Shown here in pieces: positions 57,301 through 64,000 of a DNA stretch of 64,000 nucleotides. The position numbers and the translations under genes are program-made. The notes beneath the pieces were generated by a model. The model was not told where the DNA came from, made no database searches, and saw only the letters and a program-made list of their open reading frames with translations. Every line of letters begins with the position of its first letter. The first letter of the stretch is position 1. Source of the DNA: Candidatus Poribacteria bacterium (GTDB taxonomy: Bacteria; Poribacteria; WGA-4E; WGA-3G); assembly GCA_963663765.2 (NCBI GenBank), contig CAXXUA010000013.1, positions 576,001 through 640,000 of the forward strand, written 5' to 3'.

Positions 57301-60300
57301 GCTGTAAACACTGGAGCATTGTTAACATTCTCGTCAATATTAGTGATTCTGATTACTACCGGAAGTGTATCAGTTGCACCACTACTATCTTCAGCCCATA
57401 TCGTCACTCTGAAAACTGATTTGGTTCCAAAATCAAATGCTTGTTTTGTCTTGAACTTTCCGATATTTCCATCAGCGATGCTGAAGGCTGAAGAATCTGA
57501 ATCAGTGAGTGTTATTGATAACGACGTGTCATCCTGGTCCGTTAGAGTCACCACTGAACCAAAAATATGTCCTATCGGGGTGTTTTCAGGAATTGAATAA
57601 GTAACACTTTCAACAGCAAAGACAGGCGGATCGTTGACATCAGTAACCGTAATACTTACTTGAATACTGGTACTGAGATCACCATCTGACGCTATGACTT
57701 CAACGGAATAAGTGCCTTTGGTTTCATGATCCAATGCACTATTCGTTCTCAACTGTACTGTTTGTTCTGTTGTCGTAACAATACTAAAAGAAGCCGCATC
57801 TGTCCCGCCGAGACTGTAGCGCAATGTGTCACCATCAGGATCAGAAGCAGAGAAAGGTAGACCAATATCAGTGTTAGCGTCGGTGTTTTCAGCAATTTCT
57901 CGTGTAGCACTTGCGCCAGCTGTAAACACTGGAGCATTGTTAGTAGCATTCACGTCAATATCTATGATTCTGATTTCTACCGGAAGTGTATCTGTAGCAC
58001 CACTACTATCTTCTACCCTTATCGTTACGTTGAAAACTGATTGGGTTTCATAATCAAATGATTGTTGAACCACAAACTTTCCAACAATTCCATCAGCGAT
58101 GCTGAACCCCGAAGCATCTGACCCAGTGAGTGTTATTGATAACGACTCTCTTGTGTCATCCTGGTCCGTTAGAGTCACCTCTGAACCAAAAACATGTCCT
58201 ATCGGGGTGTTTTCAGGAATTGAATAAGTAACACTTTCAACAGCAAAGATAGGCGGATCGTTGACATCAGTAACCGTAATACTTACTTGAATACTGGTAC
58301 TGAGATCACCATCTGACGCTATGACTTCAACGGAATAAGTGCCTTTGGTTTCATGATCCAATGCACTATTCGTTTTCAACTGTCCCGTTGTAGAATCAAT
58401 ATCAAACACTGCAGCATCAGCACCGCTAAGGTTATAGGTAAGTATATCGTTATTCCCATCTGTTGCAGTGATTGCATCCCCGATGTTTATCCCCGCAACC
58501 GTATTCTCTGCAACAGAACGTGTCGTGTTGGCACCTTCTGTAATAACAGGAGCAACTTCAATACGGGAGAGAATTTCAAGTGGTAACGTATCTGATTTGA
58601 CCAATTCATAACCGGTATGCAGTGAGGGTAGACTTGGTAAAGTGCTAATATCTACTGAAACAGCATTGAATGTATTCGGTCTACGTGTGAGAGTATAAAC
58701 ATCACTTTCAACACTTCCTTTTGGAATGGTAATGCTGCCAATACCATCTGCGGTATTTGCGTTGTTTGCCACCACGTTGAGCACAATATCAAAGGGGGCA
58801 CCGGTCGGGACAACCGCTTTGAATGCACTTTCATCAACCTTTTCTAATAATACAGTCAAAGGTAACGGATCAATTGCGTTCCCACTTAGGTCTAAAGATT
58901 CTAAATTTGTCAGTCCCTTAAAAATACCATCTGGCAGTAACGCCAACCGATTTCCGCGAAAATAAATAGTGTCTAATGCATCTAAGCCAGCAAATATTTC
59001 AGCAGGTAGGTCTGTCAACGTATTATTATTTAGATACAGTGTTGTGAGTGACAGAAATCCAGAGAAATCATCTGTTCTAAGAGACACGATTCTCATTTCG
59101 TCCAAATTAAGGAACGTAATGGTAGCGATATCCACATTTGCTACGTTTTGACAATGCATGAGAAATGGATACATTGCTTCTATCGCTGAAACCACCTCCG
59201 GGGTGCGATAACAAGCTGTAGATCTCGTAAGAATATAACCGTAATGATTCAGGGGTAATCCCGGCAATGGACCAATACTTACTGACGCAGGTGTCAACGT
59301 GTCAGTAGTGGGAACGATTGTAAACGGTTGACTTGTTAGAGTTCCTGTCAGCACCGTTGCTGTTGATACGCCACTACTGATATGTCCGTTAGCAACCTGA
59401 ATTGGAACGACAATGTCAAACGGTGCCCCACTCGGGACATATACCTGAAACACGTTTTTCTCAACCTGTTGCAAAGAGACAAAAATCGGTAGTGGGTCAA
59501 GTAGGTTGTTCCCTAATCGAAGGGTTGTCAGTGATGTAAGTCCCTGAAAAATGCCAATCGGTAGTGCCGTCAGCATATTATCGTAAAGATTGATATCTGT
59601 AAGAGATGACATACCTGAGAAATCAGTCGATTGCAGTTCTGTTATACCGGTATCCCGTAGATTGAGTGAAGTAATCGCCGCTATGTGTGCCTCGCTTATC
59701 TCATCTTCACTGACGATATCAACGATTTGATCTTGTACTTGTTGGGTACGTTCATTAAGTGGTAGGAATTCAGATACAAAGGCAGTTTCTGCCAAATCTA
59801 TAACCTGGATGACCACAGTGATTATGTCGCTGAGGTCACCATCTGTAACCGTGATAGTTACCTTATATAAGGATTTCTTTCCGAAATCTAACGCTTCTTT
59901 TGTCTTGAGTTGACCTGTGTTACTATTGATGCTAAACGTTGCAGCATCGATCCCAGCAAGAGTGTATGTAAGGGTATCTGCTGCATTATCTTTATCTGTT
60001 TTTTCAGTTATATCTATTGCGACCACTGGTGTGCCGATGTTGACTTCTGCCTCACTGTTCTCTGCAATTTTACGGACAGTGATAGCACCCTCCGTGAACT
60101 GAGGGGCAGGGTTGTCAATTAAGTCGATGACGTTGACCGTGACAGTTATGGTGTCTGTGAGCAGACCATCTGAGGTAGTGATGGTAATAGAATAAAGAGG
60201 TTTTGTTTCGTAATCCAGAGATGTCTTCGTTTTTAGTTGTCCACTCTCAGAATCAATAGAAAACGCCGATGCGTCAATACCACCAAGTGTATACGTAAGT

Positions 60301-61094
60301 GGGTCGTCCTCAGTATCTGTAGCTGCAATCGGTGTGCCGATGTTGACATCTGTTTCAGTATTCTCAACGATCGATCGGGTAGCACTGGAACCCTCAACAA
60401 ACATCGGAGCAGTGTTACCTATGATTACTTCAGTAGGCACTGTTTCGGATTTGGATAACATATAACCGTAATGGTTCTGGGGTAGGTTGGGTAAAGAACT
60501 GAAATCTACGATGACAGATATTCTATCTATTGTTTGAGATACTGTGAGAGTTCCGCTATCTCTACTACCTTTTGCTATGGTTAAGGTGTTAGCATCAGTG
60601 TTAATACTACCGTTGCTGACACTGACAGGAACGACTATCTCAAACGGTGCCCCTGTCGGCACCACTGCTTTAAATTCGTTTTCTCCAACCTTTTCCAGTG
60701 TAACCGTAATAGGAAACGGATCAACAGTATTACGACCTAACCTCAATGATGTCAACGCGGTGAGACCATCAAAAATACCATCTGGAAGGCTGCTAAGTTG
60801 ATTATCATACAAGTTAATATTAGTCAGACCGGACATCCCAGAGAAATCACCCGATTTCAGTGCTGTAATACCTTTAGCTCGCAGATCGAGTGTCGTAACC
60901 GCTGCAAGGTGAGTCTCTGTTACATCTGCGGCAGAATCAACTGCTGCCGCCTCGACTATAGCAGTCTGCACCTCTGTTGTACGCTCACTGACTGGTGTAA
61001 TGTCCGCCGAACTTGCAACTGATAAACCAAAGAAAACTAATGAAAAAAGTACAATAGATATTACAGAATTCAGATTCTTGAGTCGTGTTTTCAT
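51345..61094 (-). CDS. Giant secreted cadherin/internalin-type LRR protein D (3,249 aa)
   Basis: Signal peptide like C; divergent stalk (~13 cadherins plus one Ig-like domain); five modules of 22-aa LRRs (SISDISAVSGLTxLTxLxLxxN); C-terminal domain nearly identical to A. Confidence 0.9.
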   Translation of the reverse strand: MKTRLKNLNSVISIVLFSLVFFGLSVASSADITPVSERTTEVQTAIVEAAAVDSAADVTETHLAAVTTLDLRAKGITALKSGDFSGMSGLTNINLYDNQLSSLPDGIFDGLTALTSLRLGRNTVDPFPITVTLEKVGENEFKAVVPTGAPFEIVVPVSVSNGSINTDANTLTIAKGSRDSGTLTVSQTIDRISVIVDFSSLPNLPQNHYGYMLSKSETVPTEVIIGNTAPMFVEGSSATRSIVENTETDVNIGTPIAATDTEDDPLTYTLGGIDASAFSIDSESGQLKTKTSLDYETKPLYSITITTSDGLLTDTITVTVNVIDLIDNPAPQFTEGAITVRKIAENSEAEVNIGTPVVAIDITEKTDKDNAADTLTYTLAGIDAATFSINSNTGQLKTKEALDFGKKSLYKVTITVTDGDLSDIITVVIQVIDLAETAFVSEFLPLNERTQQVQDQIVDIVSEDEISEAHIAAITSLNLRDTGITELQSTDFSGMSSLTDINLYDNMLTALPIGIFQGLTSLTTLRLGNNLLDPLPIFVSLQQVEKNVFQVYVPSGAPFDIVVPIQVANGHISSGVSTATVLTGTLTSQPFTIVPTTDTLTPASVSIGPLPGLPLNHYGYILTRSTACYRTPEVVSAIEAMYPFLMHCQNVANVDIATITFLNLDEMRIVSLRTDDFSGFLSLTTLYLNNNTLTDLPAEIFAGLDALDTIYFRGNRLALLPDGIFKGLTNLESLDLSGNAIDPLPLTVLLEKVDESAFKAVVPTGAPFDIVLNVVANNANTADGIGSITIPKGSVESDVYTLTRRPNTFNAVSVDISTLPSLPSLHTGYELVKSDTLPLEILSRIEVAPVITEGANTTRSVAENTVAGINIGDAITATDGNNDILTYNLSGADAAVFDIDSTTGQLKTNSALDHETKGTYSVEVIASDGDLSTSIQVSITVTDVNDPPIFAVESVTYSIPENTPIGHVFGSEVTLTDQDDTRESLSITLTGSDASGFSIADGIVGKFVVQQSFDYETQSVFNVTIRVEDSSGATDTLPVEIRIIDIDVNATNNAPVFTAGASATREIAENTDANTDIGLPFSASDPDGDTLRYSLGGTDAASFSIVTTTEQTVQLRTNSALDHETKGTYSVEVIASDGDLSTSIQVSITVTDVNDPPVFAVESVTYSIPENTPIGHIFGSVVTLTDQDDTSLSITLTDSDSSAFSIADGNIGKFKTKQAFDFGTKSVFRVTIWAEDSSGATDTLPVVIRITNIDENVNNAPVFTAGASATREIAENTDANTYIGLPFSASDPDGDTLSYSLGGTDAASFSIVTTTEQTVQLKTKNALDHETKGTYSVEVIASDGDLSSSIQVSITVTDVNDPPVFAVESITYSIRENTPIGTIFGSEVTLTDQDDTRESLSITLTGSDSSTFSIADGNIGKFETQQAFDYETKSVFRVTIRAEDSNGATDTLPVVIRIIDIVESTANKAPVFTEGTTATRTVPINTDTGRNIGLPIAATDANQNNLTYTLGGTDGLSFDIVRTTGQLQTKGTTYCDKKSYSVTIRVSDGKLSDSIVVTINVNEVNVRENNRDPMFTVPGPYTMSIPENTPAGVNIGNPITTSDPDNDCLEYVIDGVGKELFDIDPRSGQFRTKSPLDYEIKNSYSLTLWISDFGLIVSTGVTIDITDVNDPPVFAVDSLTYTIPENTPIGTIFGSEVTLTDQDDTRESLSITLTGSDSSAFSIADGIVGKFETQQAFDFGTKSVFRVTIRAEDSSGATDTLPVVIRITNIDENVNNAPVFTGGASATREIAENTDANTDIGLPFSASDPDSDPLSYSLGGTDAASFSIVTTSEQSGQLKTKNALDHETKGTYSVEVIASDGELSTSIQVTITVTDVNDPPVFPVESVTYSIPENTTSGQIVGTPVLATDQDGDFVLYVESGPNEDWNGFTLNTHTGQLLTRISSYDFETKPTYTLTITARDRHSATDTLAVTINITEAVNGANRAPTAVGSIPAQTMQSDDSALLLTVSSYFTDPDGDNLTYTASSSNSGVATASVSGAQVSISAVAVGTATITVTANDESLSVTQTISVTVTAATVELTYPVSGRTQQVQDAIVAAVDGIDSAADVTATHLAAITELNLEDESISSLKTGDFEGLTALTSLFLGDNSISDISVVSGLTKLTHLSLEDNSISDISVISGLTSLTWLSLSGNSISDISAVSGLTTLTSLFLSGNSISDISAVSGLTSLTELWLGGNSIIDISAVSGLTKLTWLSLSGNSISDFAPLRTLIAAIEADNRSLELDITIPAATLLSGRTQQVQDAIVAAVDGIDSAADITEIHLAAISELDLSNESISSLKSGDFGGLTALMWLDLGRNSISDISPLSGLTVLTVLNLGRNSISDISPLSGLTKLIGLDLGRNSISNISALSGLTKLTQLYLNGNSISDVSPLEGLTSLTTLRLNGNSISDYSPLRTLVAAIEADNRSLELDITIPAPTLLSGRTQQVQTAILAAVDGIDSASDVTATHLAAITELDLNFKSISSLKSGDFAGLTALTSLDLAENSFSDISALSGLTTLTKLFLGNNSISNISAVSGLTNLTELDLYDNSISNISSVSGLTKLTKLYLDGNSISDISAVSGLTVLKELYLDNNSISDVSPLEGLTSLRTLRLSGNSISDYAPLGRLVAAIKAAGGSLDLDITILVSVPVSGRTQQVQDAIVAAVDGIDSAEDVTVTHLAAITELDLNDKSISALKSGDFEGLTSLISLDLADNSISDISSISGLTTLTSLDLGDNSIIDISAVSGLTALTSLDLYENSIINISAVSGLTSLTWLSLDENSISDISSVSELTKLTRLFLDSNSISDVSPLEGLTSLNTLYLSGNSISNYVPLRTLVAAIEADDRTLTLDITIPIFVPVSERTQQVQDAIVAAVDGINSASDVTETHLAAITELDLFDKSISSLKSGDFNNLTVLTTLDLEGNSISDISAVSGLTTLTELWLDVNSISDISAVSGLTKLTELGLSVNSISDISAVSGLTVLKELYLGNNHSISDISALSGLTKLTELSMFGNSISDISAVSGLTALIELDLNQNSISDISALSGLTKLTGLNLYENSISNVSPLEGLTSLEYLFLSDNPISDYAPLRRLVAAIEADNRTLELDIIIPSTGAPSITNPPIQTSLLPNYPNPFNPETWIPYQLAKPSDVTLTIYNVRGVLVRELALGHRAAGVYYSRPRAAHWDGKNNLGEKVAGGVYFVKFKAGNYTKIRKMLIRK

Positions 61095-61136
61095 AGGATG
61101 AGTCCTTTATATAATAAAGTTATAGTAAAAATAAAG

Positions 61137-61282
61137 TTATAGTAAAAATCATAATTTTTCACACAGTACGGTGGGTTCGGTTTCCTAACCGAACCGGTGT
61201 TTGTTCAGTCTCATAGATGTGGTCAGGAAACCTTGCATACCGTTGATAGAAAGTGTAGATATAATTCTATGCTTCACCGTAA
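61137..61282. mobile_element. Second copy of the 51198-51342 element
   Basis: Colinear with 51198-51342; preceded by a 17-bp tandem duplication of aaagttatagtaaaaat. Confidence 0.55.
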
Positions 61283-61284
61283 GT

Positions 61285-63999
61285 CTATTTTCGAATCATC
61301 ATCTTACGGGTAGCAGTGAAATCACCTGCTTTGAAGGTGACAAAGTAGACTCCCGTTGCAACCATCTCACCCAAAGAGTTCCTACCATTCCAATATGCAG
61401 CGCGCGCACGACTTTGGTAATATCCAGCAGGTTGATGTCCTAATGCCAACTCACGCACAACAACGCCACGCATATTGTATATCGTCATCGTAACATCAGA
61501 TGCTTCAGATAACTGATAGGGTATCCACGTTTCTGGATTGAACGGGTTCGGATAATTTTGATTAAATGATGTGAAATCAGGTATTGGTTGTGAATTCGTT
61601 GGAGCACCGAAAATAATTTGATTCGGTGGATTGAGGGTGATTGGTAAATTGCTCGATTTCACTAATGATAAACCAGTAAACCTTGAAGGCACTACGGCTA
61701 AATCATCAATATTTACACTAACCGAGGTTGGAGATAAAGCGAATTCTATCTCCTGCTCACTCTGAGTAGCTCCCTTTTTAATACCTAAAGTGTATGAAAT
61801 TTCATCATGTCCAATAGTAACGGTAACTGGGACATCCAATTGATACGGAATACCAGTATTAACTTCTGCAGTGAACTTAGTTTCACTTAATTTATTGAGA
61901 GATACCGTCATATTAAGTAGTGTAGTGCGATTATTAGCTGCCTTAATGGTATTAATAGAGGTCAACCCTTTAAAAATGTCATTTGGCAGTCTTTGTAAAA
62001 GATTATTCTCAAAATTCAGATGCGTTAGTGATGACAATTCCTGAAAGACTGATGAACTGAGACTGGAAATAGTGTTATAATGGAGATTTAACTTTTTCAG
62101 ACTGGATAGATCATCAAATATACCCGATGGCAAACCGGTAATGAAATTGTGATTCAAGTGAAGTTCTTTCAAGAGACTTAAACCATCAAATAGATCCGAT
62201 GGTAAAGTATGAAGATTATTGTTGTCCAAGTGTAGTTTTGTCAAAGAACTAAAACTATCAAACAGATCTACATGCAGACTTGTGAAACTATTATCACTTA
62301 AATTTAATTCTTCCAATGAAGTTAAGCCATCCAGATGATTAGAGGTGATTTCGGAGAGTGATTTATCTGATAAATCAAGCGTTTTTATACTCAACATATG
62401 TGCGTCTGTTACATCGCTTGCTTTATTTACCCCATTTATTGCCGCAACAATTGCATTACGCACTTTAGCTGGACGTTGGCTTAATGGGACGGATTCAAAT
62501 ACATCAGTGACTTGAATGGTAACGTCAATTGATTTATTACCGTCACTATTTGTAGCGACAACCCTTATGGAGTATGATTTCTTGGATTCATAGTCCAATG
62601 CAGCTCTGGTCCTTAACTGTCCAGATGTGCGACCAATTCTAAATCTATTCGCATCAGTCCCCCTAAGTGAGAAAGTAATTGGTCTTATCCCCCTCACTCC
62701 AAATGGGTCACCTATACTCGTATTTGCAGGGGTGTTTTCATCTACTGAAAGGGTAAGGTTATCTGTATCTATATCTAAAAAGATGGGTGGATTAACATCG
62801 GTCACATCATTCACATTGACGGTTACATCAATGGTGTCAGTGCTGTTGTCTGGATCAGTAGCAGTAATTGTCAAGGCGTATGATGTTTTTGTCTCATAAT
62901 CCAAAAAACCACTCGTACGTAACTGTCCAGAATCTTCAACCAAATCAAAATTGTTTGCATCTGTTCCACCGAGCGTATAGGTCAGGTCGTCGCCATCTTC
63001 ATCTGTTGCTGTAATAGGATCTCCAATGTTTGTATCAGCATCAGTATTCTCGTCTATAGACAGAGTTGTAGAATCATTTGCAAACACGGGTGCATCATTG
63101 GCATCACTCACATTTATAGTAATGTTAATGGTGTCTGATAGCGTTTCATCGGATGCAGTGACAACTACAGCATAGCTGCTCTTTGTTTCATAGTTGAGAG
63201 CTGCTTTTGTTTTTATTTGACCATTAGTTGTGTCAATGTCAAACGAGGCGGCATCTGTGCCACTGAGAGCATAAGTCAAGGTATCCTCATCTGCATCCGT
63301 AGCGGCGACAGCAGTTCCGATGTTCTGTGCTGTAGCGGTATTTTCAGCGACGGTGCGTGTTGCGCTTTCACCTTCAGTGAATTCGGGTGCATTTGCGACA
63401 ACTTCTTCCACATCTGTAATGTTGATAGTGACATTGATTGTATCCGAAGCGTCATCACCATCTTTAGCAGTAACCGTCACAGCATAGCTGCTCTTTGTTT
63501 CATAGTCCAGACTTGCTTTTGTCTTTAGCTGCCCATCAGTGCTGCCAATATCAAATGAGGCTTCATCAGTGCCACCGAGCGTATAGGTCAGGGTGTCTTC
63601 ATCTTCATCTGTTGCTGAAATAGGATCGCCAATGTTTGTATCAGCATCAGTATTCTCTGCTATAGACCGAGTTGCAGACTCAGCTGCAAATGCGGGTGCC
63701 TCGTTGACATCAGTAACATTTATGGTAATGTTAATCGTATCGGATAGATTTTCATCCGATGCAGTTACGACCACAGAATAGCTGCTCTTTGTTTCATAGT
63801 TGAGAGCTGCTTTTGTCTTTAGCTGCCCATCAGTGCTGCCAATATCAAATGAGGCTTCATCAGTGCCACCGAGCGTATAGGTCAGGGTGTCTTCATCTTC
63901 ATCTGTTGCTGAAACAGGATCGCCAATGTTTGTATCAGCATCAGTATTCTCTGCTATAGACCGAGTTGCAGACTCAGCTGCAAATGCGGGTGCCTCGTT
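61285..63999 (-). CDS. 3' part of a fifth cadherin/LRR protein (E); the start lies outside the window
   Basis: The frame stays open from 63774 to the window edge. Cadherin repeats, one LRR module, NYPNPFNPETWIPYQL...KMMIRK. Confidence 0.88.
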   Translation of the reverse strand, partial: NEAPAFAAESATRSIAENTDADTNIGDPVSATDEDEDTLTYTLGGTDEASFDIGSTDGQLKTKAALNYETKSSYSVVVTASDENLSDTINITINVTDVNEAPAFAAESATRSIAENTDADTNIGDPISATDEDEDTLTYTLGGTDEASFDIGSTDGQLKTKASLDYETKSSYAVTVTAKDGDDASDTINVTINITDVEEVVANAPEFTEGESATRTVAENTATAQNIGTAVAATDADEDTLTYALSGTDAASFDIDTTNGQIKTKAALNYETKSSYAVVVTASDETLSDTINITINVSDANDAPVFANDSTTLSIDENTDADTNIGDPITATDEDGDDLTYTLGGTDANNFDLVEDSGQLRTSGFLDYETKTSYALTITATDPDNSTDTIDVTVNVNDVTDVNPPIFLDIDTDNLTLSVDENTPANTSIGDPFGVRGIRPITFSLRGTDANRFRIGRTSGQLRTRAALDYESKKSYSIRVVATNSDGNKSIDVTIQVTDVFESVPLSQRPAKVRNAIVAAINGVNKASDVTDAHMLSIKTLDLSDKSLSEITSNHLDGLTSLEELNLSDNSFTSLHVDLFDSFSSLTKLHLDNNNLHTLPSDLFDGLSLLKELHLNHNFITGLPSGIFDDLSSLKKLNLHYNTISSLSSSVFQELSSLTHLNFENNLLQRLPNDIFKGLTSINTIKAANNRTTLLNMTVSLNKLSETKFTAEVNTGIPYQLDVPVTVTIGHDEISYTLGIKKGATQSEQEIEFALSPTSVSVNIDDLAVVPSRFTGLSLVKSSNLPITLNPPNQIIFGAPTNSQPIPDFTSFNQNYPNPFNPETWIPYQLSEASDVTMTIYNMRGVVVRELALGHQPAGYYQSRARAAYWNGRNSLGEMVATGVYFVTFKAGDFTATRKMMIRK

Positions 64000-64000
64000 G

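Noticed and set aside
61285-63774. A complete 829-aa gene starting at 63774
   Set aside because: The frame is open to the window edge and there is no signal peptide; it is the 3' part of a larger gene.
16175-63781. Many plus-strand ORFs up to 362 aa opposite the giant genes
   Set aside because: Antisense shadows of repetitive, codon-biased genes; they recur with each repeat and show no recognisable domains.

Overview
A ~42% GC bacterial window. Its gene content (secreted WD40 propellers, a PhyH dioxygenase, giant cadherin/LRR proteins ending in an 'NYPNPFNPETWIPYQL' FlgD-Ig/T9SS-like domain) suggests Candidatus Poribacteria or a similar host-associated lineage; this is an inference. The left 15 kb holds REP-carrying MITEs, a solo-tnpB IS200/IS605 element with IS608-like ends, a met-zincin protease, two WD40 genes separated by a readable duplication scar, two GNAT paralogs, a PhyH gene, a MutH/Sau3AI-like nuclease plus DpnA-like methylase behind a perfect sigma70 promoter, and a 1-kb REP array built from two spacer types (not CRISPR). 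The remaining 49 kb is a head-to-tail array of at least five giant secreted cadherin-LRR genes (labelled A to E from left to right; E runs off the window). A, B and C share a near-identical stalk of ~2,600-2,800 aa and differ in their C-terminal LRR tips. In D, 22 LRR repeats vary mainly at codon positions 1-2 of five surface residues. The best candidate for an undescribed system is this constant-stalk/variable-LRR-tip surface repertoire. A nested ISAs1-MITE > REP > IS4-type MITE > REP structure sits in the ribosome-binding site of gene C. All counts were made by eye; no searches were run.
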